Positions 1 through 12,463 of a DNA stretch of 64,000 nt are shown in pieces; position 1 is the stretch's first letter, and each line of letters opens with the position of its first letter. This DNA comes from Bugula neritina (Eukaryota; Animalia; Bryozoa): positions 1,612,001 through 1,676,000 of the forward strand of contig OZ037769.1 in the NCBI GenBank assembly GCA_964035545.1, read 5' to 3'. Below the pieces are notes generated by a model, which worked only from the letters and a program-made list of their open reading frames with translations, was not told where the DNA came from and did not search any database. A program made the position numbers and the translations under genes.

Positions 1-586
1 GTATAATAAGCTGAATGACCAAGAAGACATAGGCGGTAGATATACAAGAGATCAATAGGAAGAATTTCTGCTTTGATAAATAGAGGTGACGTGTGTTCAG
101 TAGGTGATTTGTGGAAAATAATGCGAATAATGCGTTTTTGAATTAAAAGCAACTTGTTCAAGTGGGTTTTAGGGGCATTTCCCCAGGCTTCTAAGCAATA
201 TGTAAGTTTGCTGTTTATCAGACTGTCATATAATAAAATCAAAGCTTTGTATGGTAAAAACTTTGAAGCTAAGTATATCATACCAGTTACTTTGTTTAAA
301 GAAGTTTGCAGAATATCATTAGAAAACTATACTGCAGGTTTTTGTTACTTCTAATATTAGTTATTTCATTCAGACTTGAAACACAGCAGAAAAGAAAGTA
401 GAACACTTATAAATGCTTTCATTAGCTTAAAATTTTTAATTTAAGAAAACCTCAAGTTTTAATCACATACTTCAGTGAATCATTTAGTGGCACTTTTTAT
501 TGCACCACTTAACAGTGTACTATGTGAACACTCGGCAGCATAATTCATACGCTGACTCTAATGTACCTGATGTTCTTCCGTATTAG

Positions 587-3500
587 ACCCTCTACCAAAA
601 GACAAAGGATGTGCAGGTGTCTTGGAATATATAGAAAGTAACTTTCAAAGTGAAAATTGTGTAAGAGAAGCATTGAGTCATCTTGAAGAGATGTCAAGGT
701 CAACTGCTAAGAGCTCGGTAGGTCCTATCCTATCGAGAAAACTCTGTAAGCATATAGTACTCTGTAAGCATGCATACAGAACAATGTACTTTTGTTTATT
801 CAGATTGGAAATGACGCAAAGAGACTGATAGTCAAGTCTATGAGAAACCACAGGAAGAGTGAAATGGTGCAGATTCTAGGTTGTAAAGTTCTGAATAATC
901 TGATAGTTGGTGGTAAGTTAACACAGCTGACATTAAATAGAACAGCCATCAATTTGTTGTGCAAATTCCTTGTCATTCTGCCATCATTCAATTTTGGATT
1001 AAAGAATTTTAGTGTTGGTGAACCAACTATGCAATTTACAAAAAAAAATGTAGGCTATTTGATAAACAATTTTTTGCAGCTGCAAATACCTTCAAGTTAT
1101 ACATCGTACTTACTTTCTAGTTACATAGTTCTATTCATTACTTATATTTCCAGTATAATTCTTATAGAACCCCATCACAACTATTTGAAGTGGTTCCTAC
1201 ATAAAGGTTTCTAGCTAATTTCTGTTTAGTTATATTTCTGTTTATTACAGCTTTAGTTCAATTTTTTGTGTTCATATTCTGATTTATATAAATATTTTAT
1301 TAACTGTGGGAATTAAACAGTCTATAGTAACTAGTATCAATTTCAGGCCAACACAAATCCATCATGGCAGGTAATAAATGATATTCCAGTGAATATTTCC
1401 ATATAACTTGTACAGATGTGTGGTAAGACCTTGGTGTGTGGTAACACCATGGTGTGTGGTAACACCTTGGTGTGTGGTAACACCATGGTGTGTGGTAACA
1501 CTATGGTGTGTGGTAACACCTTGGTGTGTGGTAACACCTTGGTGTGTGGTAAGACCTTGGTGTGTGGTAACACCATGGTGTGTGGTAACACAATACTGCT
1601 AGCAATCTCACATACTGAATGATAATTACTCAAGCACAAACTTGCTCTGATATAGTAAAATAACCAACTCTTCAACTTTGAAAAAGTGTTTGTTTGTTTT
1701 CATACCTCTAACATAGTTGCGTGTTCCCCTGTAACTCCTACTTGCCTATAATAATAATTTCATGTTAGCCCAACCTAAAATCTTAGTGAATAATTGGTTT
1801 TTCAGCTGCTGACAGTGATATGCTGTTCTCCCGAGAGGTCATTGGTATTGTACTTCTAGCAATGAGGTCTCACCCAAACTCTACTGACCTGCTGTTGTCT
1901 GCCGTCACCTTGCTCATTGCTCTCTCGTCAGACGGTAAGACTAGCTCATCTGAAGCTCTTCCTGTTGTTAGCTGATCAAAAAGGGAGAGTTTCACTAAGT
2001 AGTAGATCAATACATGTAATAGTTTTAGAATTTTTATTAATAACTCCACATAAAGCAATTTGAAATGAGATTCTTAGAATCAAATACCCTCAACAAACTT
2101 TGAATATTGTTAACTGAGAAAAATATACTCTAGCTAGTTACCTGTACAATGCAAGTTGTGTACTTTGCTTTTGGCCAAGTTTAAAATGCTATAGAAAATG
2201 CTGATGAAATTGACATAACAGTAGCTAGTTGATGAATAATATTAGTATTTCATACTCTAGAAATTGCTGCTAAAATCGCCACAAAAATAGCCCATTGGTG
2301 ATTTTTAACATTCATAATGCACAGCTGTTAGCACATGTCACCCAAATTGTAGAAAAAGCCTCTGAAACTATAGGACGGTGTGGTGGGATACAAGACATAC
2401 TATCTGCAATTAGGTCACACCCTAGCCAATCAGAGTTGCTCACACAGTGCTGTAAAGCACTCTGGAGTCTTACAGTCAGTGGTAGGTAAATGTAAAGCAT
2501 CAGGTAGTGTTTTTTGTTGTATGGACTGCTCAGCATTGTACATTCATGAGATTGAATAAACCCAAGTCCTTATCGATCTTTTATAAAAAAAATTACTTTT
2601 AGCTAAGAGAAATCTAAAGGCATAATAAGTTTGGTGATAAAGTTTCAATTTTTTTTGTGTTTTCCCAATATCTATACTAGTTTTCAATTAAAATGTCTTT
2701 TTTTTTTCTTGCTGACAAATAATAATAGAGATGTCATTTTTTGCTCAATTTATTGTATATATATAAGCATGTAATAATATATCATATGTTAAATCAACTA
2801 TTACAGAACCAAATGCTAAAATAGTGACTGAAGAGAAAGGACTGCCCGACTTGGTGAATATTATGAAACTTCATTCAGGCAATACAGACGTTGTAGCAGC
2901 TGCAGCGGCAGCGATGCTTAGTCTTTTCATGGAAGGTAGCTAATATACTCATATACTTGTACTCATATGCTTAGTCTTTTCATGGAAGGTAGCTAATATA
3001 CTCATATATAACTTGTACTCATATGCTTAGCAGTACACGCATAGCATTAGATAATAATGAGAGTGGTAATGTATTTTTTCAATGAACATTTTACTCATGA
3101 ATCTGTTATTTTATTACCTAATAAGTCATCATATAACCACTCATACTATCCTTATAAATTATATTTACGATTAAAATTGCTTTGTCTTAGTATGAAAAAT
3201 GATTACTATAGCTATTTTTTTCCAAAATTGTGGCTTTTATTTTTTAATTGGAATAGATTAGATTTCATTAATTACAGTAAAATTATGCACATATGTTTGT
3301 TATTTTACCACCACATCAATGCATTCTATATAACAGATTAAGCAAATGTCAGTACTTCATTTTATTTGTTTTTACCATAACATAGGCATCTCATAATCTA
3401 TTAGCATATTTTAACATAATCATATAATAAGCATATTTAGGCATTTTATAGCATAATCATAAGCACATCACATCGCAAGTATCATGGTCATACATAATAT

Positions 3501-5183
3501 TATAGTATAAGCTGTTTTAACTAAGCATTCATTAGCACCAACTGTACTGCCAAATAATAAATAAGAATGCTGTTAACAGGTACTTGGTGTTACATGTCAG
3601 TGTATAACAGGTACTTGGTGTCACATGTCAGTGTATAACAGGTACTTGGTGTTACATGTCAGTGTATAACAGGTACTTGGTGTCATATGTCAGTGTGTAA
3701 CATAAGCCTGTTGTAACTCCTGTGACACAATGTCATGTCATATTACAGACGAGAACCTGAAGATGGTGTCAGAACTAGAATGTGTTACTCACTTGATGAC
3801 AGCTGTTCAGACTCACATGAAACACGCCAAGGTGGTGAAGAATGCTTGTATGGCCCTCACCTGTCTTGTAGAACCAGATGGTAAGACTTTTAGTGTGTTA
3901 CGCTTCCAAAGGCACACTGTAATTGTTGTGATAGTCAGAAGGTTATACAAGTAACAGCAATTAGGTGAACGTATAGAAAACGTCAGTGCTAATGGTTGGG
4001 AATCTTTGTAGTTTGTAGTACTATTTAATGGATGATATGAAAAATTAAAGACAATTTCCTACATTGCTTCATTTAAAAGGTTCACAGTTTGGTTGTTCTT
4101 CAAACATTTTTAGGTGCATTAAAATGCAAGTAAACAAACAATACTGAAGAAAAAATATTTTTTACTCGAATAGTTATGTGTTTTCTATCTGCTACAGAGG
4201 AAAGTGCGTATAAAGTACTAAACAACCCTCAAGCGGATGGCACAGCTATAGCTGGCATACCAATTATAATATCAGCATACCACCAGCACAAAGACAACGC
4301 AGATGTGGTGGAGAATATATGTTCTCTGTTCATGGAGCTCTCAGAATACAGTGAGTGTTTGCTTGAAGTATTACTCCATGAGCACCGTGGGTGTTATAAG
4401 ATAATATGTAAAAATACCAATTCGAACTTCAAATCATGTGACACATCATGTGATGGCATTTAGTGCTCAATAGATAGACATGAATTGCATACACAAGTTT
4501 TCTGTGCTGATGAAGTATATTTATAAGATGATCTTGTAATATCTGTATGATTATATGATATGCTTATACTGTATGCTTATATGATATGCTTATACTGTAT
4601 GCTTATATGTTATATGGTATGCCTATATTGTATGTTTATATGGTACGTTTACATCTCTACCACATGCACTTGCAGAAGACATATTCTCTGAAATGGAAGA
4701 TCTGAAATGTGAAAAAGTATTGGCTGACGTAATGAGAAGGTTTAAAGAAAATAGGGTAAGTTTTACGATTATAATATTTATATGTCTTTTCATGAAACTC
4801 CAGATTTTCTCTAGACTGCAGAAGGTACAGTGACATAGAAAGCATCTGTTATATGCTGTCACGGGGCTGTGTGGCAGCATATAACATGCAGTTACCAAAT
4901 CAATCAAATGTTTTATTGTAAATAATATAGTGATGTAAATGCTTTTTTAACACAAATTCCATTATTCTATTTAGACAATGTTATTAAACTGTACATACGA
5001 TTTTTTTACTAGATACTAAAATTGTTTGGATTATTTTGCAACAATCATTACATCTACAAGGACAGCACTCTTATACCAAATCTGTATAATTAGAATACTA
5101 GTATCTACTAACTATACTTTCTTCCATAGGACATCATGATACCCTGTCAAACAACCCTTGCCAAGTTTGGTCACAATGATTAG
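587..5183 (+). CDS. STKLD1: ARM-repeat C-terminal portion of an STKLD1-like protein; 5' end not resolved in window
   Basis: In-frame GT-AG exons 587-717, 804-912, 1806-1934, 2353-2481, 2807-2935, 3749-3880, 4198-4350, 4676-4755, 5130-5183 (TAG). Helical ~43-aa repeats (..AMRSHPNS.., ..AIRSHPSQ.., ..MKLHSGN.., ..VQTHMKH..). KDNADVVENICSLFMELSEY resembles the STKLD1 C-terminus from recall; no kinase exons seen, so the symbol is tentative. Confidence 0.7.
1416..1591. repeat. 18-bp intronic minisatellite (tgtgtggtaacaccwtgg), ~9-10 units
   Basis: Direct tandem repeat; produces spurious VLPHTK/CVVTPW ORFs. Confidence 0.95.
3574..3700. repeat. 31-bp intronic minisatellite, ~4 units
   Basis: taacaggtacttggtgtyacatgtcagtgta repeated. 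Confidence 0.9.
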
Positions 5184-6021
5184 ACTACATATTAGAGCAC
5201 ACATGTTTTAATCAACACTGCGAAAGAAATCTTTTCTTTGAAAAGACGAGCCATGTCTACAGACGAGCATACTATTATTATTCAAATTATCTGAGAAGTA
5301 TTATGCTGCCAAATTCCAGAACAAACAGGGGTGTATTCACTCTCATAAACACCAAGACTTTATGCAGTGATGAACCTACATATCTACTCTATAAATTATG
5401 AAATGTGACATTATTGTGTGACTCCTGCATTTCTTATGACTTTGACTGAGTCTGCATAATACCATTATGTTTATTTATTGGTTTGTCTGATTCTAACGTT
5501 AATTGAATTGTTTTTATGATATTGACAACATTCAACTGTGATTTATTAAATTATAGCAAATAAAATGTACTAAGGTTTGTTATTGCGCAAGTACTACAAT
5601 TATGAATGCATTTGTATTGTGCACATTCATTGGTGCCAATCTAAACATTTGACTTTTTAAAATTACTTATTTTATTTATTATAATATCATAAATTTTACC
5701 TAAAATATTGCAACATATAAATTTTTGATAGGAAAAACACGAGTATTTTTTTAATGTCTTCAATATGTAGCCTGATGTATATTAAAAGTAAGTCTAAATT
5801 TTAATAATTTAATAATATTGCAAGTAGGTTAATTAGGTTAAAATAGGTCAAAAACACCAATCCCATTAAAAATGTGAGCTGCTAGATTCAAGTCAAAAAC
5901 CTCTAATTGCATAATACTGAGTATATTGTTTGCTAAAATAAAAATGGTTCAAACTGGCCTAAAGAAATGGCATGTGCACCAAGAAAGGTCACGTGCTTTG
6001 AGATAGTGCGAGATTACTTCA

Positions 6022-8632
6022 TCAAAACCCATTCAGGAAGTCCTGCACGCAGTCCATAAACCTCTTCGGCTGCTCAGAGTGTACCCAGTGACCTGCGTCT
6101 TGTATAATGTGATACTGCGGTGACGTGAAGTACAACGCGACGTTATCCTTCTGCTCTTTGCTAAATTCCCCAGTCCTACAGATAACAGTAGTTCTGTTAT
6201 TTTGCATTGACTACTGCATTATGGGTATTTGAGTCTGATTCTAGCAAAGGGATCAATAAAGAACACAGCTGAGGAGAATTGTTGGATTATTATGATCATG
6301 TCCCTCAAGTAGCCATTGCACTAAGCAATAATTATCACAAATTTTAAGCTATTATAATTTACCATCAAAATTACAAATTTTAGAATTGCAAGGTTTGACA
6401 AAACAGCATATAATGATTGCTAAATAAATTATTCTAGCATAAAACACATTGAATATTTTTAATAAATGTTGCTTAAAAATTTTAAAACTCCAAAAACAAT
6501 TTTATCTACTTGAGAATTTCACCACAAAATTCATCACAAATTTCAAACTCATAGAAAAAAGATTCTCTAAACTTTGGCAGAGTTTAATGATTGAATCAAC
6601 TACTTACGGCTGGTGAACAGACTTAGCACCACCTATAAAGCAGGATGGGCCGGCGTACTGGAGCCCGGTTAATGAAGTATCCCAACTAACAATATCATCC
6701 AGACTGTTGTAAATAGCATCGAGATTCAACCTCCAAACAGCAGAACTTGGGTTATCTTTATCAGCAACTATATTCTGAACCAGGAATGCTCTAATGCCCA
6801 TGTTCTACAGGGAAAGTTTGTTTTTTAAAATAGAAAATAATGTGTTTTGTGAATAAAACATATTTTATGATAAGGAAAAAATATTGTAATAGATTATGAC
6901 TTGGGAAAATTAATTAGTGAAGTACATCACAGAAAACGAAAGTCCTATTTATAAGCTAAAAATAAATGGTTAAAATAAAACTTTCATACTAAAATACTTT
7001 AATACCAGTAAAAGTTTAACTTTACCAATGCTTATATTAGATAAAGCAATAAGAGCTGGTCTTACCTTTTCAACAGACTCAAGTTGGTCAATAGCCCTTT
7101 TTCTTAGACTAGCCACACTTCCGTCCGGTAGGGACATGTCTACTTCCTTCATTACTTCCAAGTAGTTTCTAATAATGGATCCAACACCATTAGGCCAATT
7201 GGGAGTCGAGTCTTCCACTATCAGAGACTCCACTAGCTCAGGCTGTACACACAATCGCCAATATTCAATAACTCAAATATTTATTGATCAGAACAGAAAA
7301 CATTAAAAAATAGGGCAAACTAAATAGTTAACTAGATAGTGACTAATAGGGTTAACTAGACAGTGACTAACAGGGTTAACTAAACAGTGACTAATAGGGT
7401 TAACTAAACAGTGACTAATAGGGTTAAATAAACAGTGACTAATAGGGTTAACTAAACAGTGACTAATAGGGTTAACTAAACAGTGACTGATAGGGTTAAC
7501 TAAACAGTGACTAATAGGGTTAACTAAACAGTGACTGATAGGGTTAACTAAACAGTGACTAATAGGGTTAACTAGATAGTGACTAATAGGGTTAACTAGT
7601 GATTCATAGTCAACTAGACAATGACTCACAGTCTTTAACTAACCTGGAGCAATGCCAGAGCCATCACTGTCCTTCCCCCCATACTGTGACCAAGGATATG
7701 AGCTCTGGTTACGTTGAGCTGATCCAGGTGGGCTACCACATCTTGTGCCATTTCTCGGTACTGCATACTAGCGGCATGATCACTATCTCCATGGTTACGG
7801 GCATCTACAGCCAACACCTAACAACCAATAATCATCAAGTTTATTATTATATACTCTTCAGAGAAACAAACGCATGCTGTCTTCACTTGAGTTTTTGATG
7901 TCTTTTATTGTGATGCTACAGGGGATCTGCCACAGCCTAAGGGTTAAAGTCCAAGATGTCAGGAAGAGCATCTGGCCATAGCACTCTTAAGTCACAAATA
8001 CACAACCTTTACCTGCTTAAAAGAACCTTCACCTCATGAGGGAGGGGGGGGTGATTGAAATAGCTGCACTTTTGGACGTTATAGTATATAAAAAGTTTAA
8101 CTTGAATAGACTACGTTTCTAGTTGGGTACAAAATTAAATTAATTGCACCTGATTCAGCTGTAATAATTATTTTATGTAGGTACTAACAAAATTATTTTA
8201 TCCTTTCAGATATTTTGTAATAAATATGAGCCTAATGGTGGTTTCAGATCAGGAACAGTTAAACATACTAGTAGTAGTCTACCATAAAACATTGAACTAA
8301 CAAGTTCGCCTGGCGTAGGCATAAATATTTTGCAGTGTAAAAAATAATGATGTGCCTATTATCTAAATTAATAATACATTAACTACCTACCGGTCTATTC
8401 AAACGTTGGGCTAACTTCTTAGAAACAATATGCCAGTTATTCTTCGACCCACACAAGCCGTGTAATATTACCAGGGGAACTCTATCTTTCTCCCATCCAC
8501 TCTCTGGTAAATATTCAGCATGTGAAAGCCAAACTGTAGAACTAAAATAGACGCATGTGTTATTCATTGAGTTTTAACACAGCAACGTTATTGTAGATAA
8601 TTTTAAGAGATAATTTAAATACCAAACGACAT
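6022..8632 (-). CDS. ABHD11: ABHD11/YbfF-like alpha/beta hydrolase, copy A (canonical motifs)
   Basis: Exons (minus) ~8632 ATG micro-exon, 8541-8391, 7817-7644, 7242-7066, 6804-6608, 6175-6022 (TGA). Motifs LVILHGLCGSKNNW, VDARNHGDS, LGHSMGG, VEDSTP, WRLNLDAI, AGHWVHSEQP. Exact first-intron boundaries uncertain. Confidence 0.85.
7327..7600. repeat. 24-bp intronic minisatellite, ~11 units
   Basis: actaaacagtgactaatagggtta repeated; source of the NPISHCLV pseudo-ORF. Confidence 0.95.
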
Positions 8633-11600
8633 TGGTGCACGCACGCAGTCTAAATTTCGGTTGTATTTAAAGCAACAGCAATAAAAGTGTTTCACCCTTT
8701 AATTCTGACCATATAAATTCGACAGTGAAAAAACACCAGCAGGGTATTTCTAAGAGGGTGGAGAATAGATAATGACACATTAACGGTGAAGGCAGAGCAA
8801 TACAATGAAATCATACCTATATGATATTTTTAACTTTACTATCTGCTATTGTAAGCCATATAGTTTGGTCTCAGAGTTTCTTTTTTACTTCATGCTGTCA
8901 CGAAAGTAAGACTCAAAGATACTAAATTTGGCTAGTTGGCCTATGAAACCAGACATGCCTCCTTTATTTAAAAACATTTCAGGATTGGTCTTATAATGCA
9001 TTAGACTGCACTGTTATTTTCCTCGTATGTAGTTTAAAAATATATCAATAATCTAGCAGCAAATGCAAATAAGATAAGCTAGCATTCATTTAAAAAAAAT
9101 TGAGGCCAGCTAAGATGTACACAATCAAATCTTTAATTTACACATTCACATATTTCAACAATGGAAAAAACTATAGCTAAAACTACAGTAATTTAATAAA
9201 ATTTTACATACATTGACTTAGATGCCTTGTTGAGTAGCAATGGTGGCCAACTGCACAATTTCTTTACCATGCTTGGGTTTGCATTTATTCTAAACATGGC
9301 TGTATCTTTTAAATTATACACCCCACATTTAATAAGTGCTGCAGTGTTTATTGGTGGTAACTACAAATAGCAATGTCTTCAAATGCAAATAAATAATATT
9401 ATACATATTATATAGTGAGAATTATGCTTAGAGGATTGGCATGTACAAATATTTCAAAATACAAATATTGGCAGGTGAAATGATAATCAATAACTATAAG
9501 TGGTCATGAAAAATTGTGGCTATGACATGGCACCGTCTAATGATGTATTTGAGTTTATAATAAGTTAGTAATAAGTTTACTTCATGTTTATTAACTTGAA
9601 AGTTATGCTTATAGAACAAATTATATGGAGTATTGGTAATTTAATAAGGAACTGGGTGAGTGTATTTATAACAGTAACTGTAGCACTCTTTCACTCTGAT
9701 CCTGAGTCATTGTGATTATTGCATCATCATTGCGAAATTCAGCGTGATTCCCTGGTAAGTATTTAGTGATTGTACTTTGTAGAGAAGGTTTTTTCTATAT
9801 ATATATTAATATTATTATAATTATTATTAACATTCATATTTAATTTCATACTAATAATATATTCACTATGAATTGAATATTTCATTTTTTTAAAAATTTG
9901 ATTATTGATATTAATATTATCAATAAATTTAATAAGAATTATAATATAAATATCATTATGATTATAATTATTAGAATTATTATCAACTTTATAACCAATA
10001 TGAATATGGCAATAACTATAACTATTAACTATAAGTATAAGAAATACTAGGTCTAGTGTCAGCAGTAGCAGTTAACAGTATAATAATTTATTTATATTAT
10101 TTTATTTAAATTTTATGAATTAAATTTAATCAATTATAAATAATTTAGAATTTATCAAAATTTAAATTACTAACCAAAATGAGAATACTTATACTAATAA
10201 TACGGCTAAGTGTTATTGTAAAGGATCTAACAAAGAAGCATGATAGCCCTTGTTACAAATACCACTAGAACTTTTATTTTTAGCTTTTAATGGTGATATT
10301 TGTTATTATTAGATAGTTCATTCTCCTGTGCAGCAGTCAGCTGCCTAATAATAGGTAAAGCCTAACCGCCACCTTTGTTGAAGTCAGCTTTTAGGGTTTG
10401 ACAGGAACTGATCCATCTTCCTTTATGAGGTCATTACATGTGCCCCATAGTTAGCTGACCCTAATTATAGCTAAATTTAGATGTAATTACCTTTTCTTTG
10501 TGATTGCCCTGGTATTTAAGGCAGCATTGAAACTCCAAAAAGACAGTCACTCATGTAGCCTAAGCTGAGCTACTTATTTTGTTAAGTTAAGTGACAAAGA
10601 GCTAAATTTTGAAGATATTATAGCAAGCTCGTCAAGAGAATAAAGGTATTTTATTATTATTCTTTGCTATTTTTAACTTGATAATGCTTTATGTCTTTTA
10701 TTACAATTTTTATTGCTGTTATATTTTAATATTATATCGTGATGTTTGCTGGTATTTGAACAACTGTATTGTATGAGTTTTAGCACACCTATATGTATTC
10801 TTTATGTTACTTGTAGTTTTTACGATTTAGAAGAAAATTAATAAAAGTGAGAGATTTGTTAAAACTTCTTCTCAGTCCGTACCAAAACCATTTTTGTGGC
10901 GAGACCTTGCTCAACAGTTATAGTACAATTTATAGTTAATGTTATTAGGTAATTAACATTTGGATAGGCTTTAGTTAAGCTTTCTAGCTTAAACTAAATC
11001 TAAAACTTGAACTAGAAATAATAATAATTTGTCAGTTTATTGACTTCAACAACAACCGGAAACCTATTTTATTTGAGGGGCCTTCTCGACCCCACACTCT
11101 AAACTACAATCTGCGAACCCAAACACTAATCAATTTGTTGGCAAGAAACCAAACCTAATTTAGCCGCTTTGTTTTTTGTTATACCGGCCCACGTGAAAAT
11201 CCGCCCTCGTGCCAAGTTTTCGCAATGAATAACCATAACAACCGTTAAGAAACATATACTGAGAGTAGACAATTCTATGTGAGCAGTTTATACATGCAAT
11301 AATTAATTCTTTAATGTTATAATGATATTTTATAGCCAACAGTGTCATACCTATTTGTTTAACAAAATATGTTTTTTTCAGTAGGCTGTTTGTACAAATT
11401 GCTGCTATGCAAACCCTGAAACAGCTGCTGTACACAGATTGAGTCCTAATGCTCTCACTTGATGCTCAGCAATGGCCTTCTGTGATTGAGCTCTCTAACC
11501 ATGGCTATGAATTTAGGCTGCTGAGGATTTTGCAAGGCCTGTAACTGCTAAAGAGAATTGAGCACTCTGCATATATAGGGCTTATATTTACAGCACCATT

Positions 11601-12463
11601 TGATTATGCCATAATAGAAACATACGTTTCTCTCATTGCAAAGGTGTGAGCCATGGAACTCTGTTCTGTGCTGACGAGGGGACAAATCCCGAAACAGCTG
11701 CTGCCCACGGAGAGATACATATGTATAGTGCCATCTTTCTTAATATTTTGTAAGTAGTTGTAAGGGTGTTGACCACAATGACACTACATAAGTTTATTTC
11801 CAGGCTGATGAGAAGAAAAATCATTTAAAACTAGATGAGAAGTTACCAAAACAGTTGATTTGTCATTTTTATTGTAGCACTTTTATAATAATTATTACAT
11901 AATATGCATTGTTTTATTTCCTACAACATTCACTTGATTTTAGATTATTACTGTATTGAACACTAAAAGATTAAAAAATAAAGAGTTGTAAATTATTGTC
12001 AACTGGTAATGATACATAATATTTTAAATTTCAATACAATATTATGCAAACTGCTGTGAAGCTTATAAGCACATCAGTATATTTAGAATGAAACCGACAT
12101 TGTTGCAAAAATGTATGACAAAATTAATAAATCATAAAAATCAATTACTTTATTCAGTGCATCTCTAAGATGAAGCAGTATACACATGTATACATGAAAA
12201 CTGAGGGGTGACTAAAGAAAACTTCTAGAAGCAGCACTGAGTTGGGGTCGCTGAATTCAGTATTTGTACAACACATCAGTGACAAACTCCCAACCTCATC
12301 TCTAAACTCGAGATGCTGGAGCCAATGTACTCAGTAACCCCAACTCTGCACTGTTTCAAAAGATTTTTGTGACTAACGGCCCAACAAGGTGTCACTATAG
12401 GCTAGGAAACTGGGTGTACATGTCACAAGCTGTCAATATAAGCTAGAAAACTTGGTGTACATG

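Noticed and set aside
9700-9765. U1 snRNA-like ATACTTACC on the minus strand
   Set aside because: Just the complement of a donor-like ggtaagtat; the rest of U1 is absent.
10360-10575. H/ACA snoRNA or telomerase-RNA-like element (ctgaccctaa, hairpins, ACA)
   Set aside because: No correctly placed ANANNA box and the template match is imperfect; unsupported without a covariance search.
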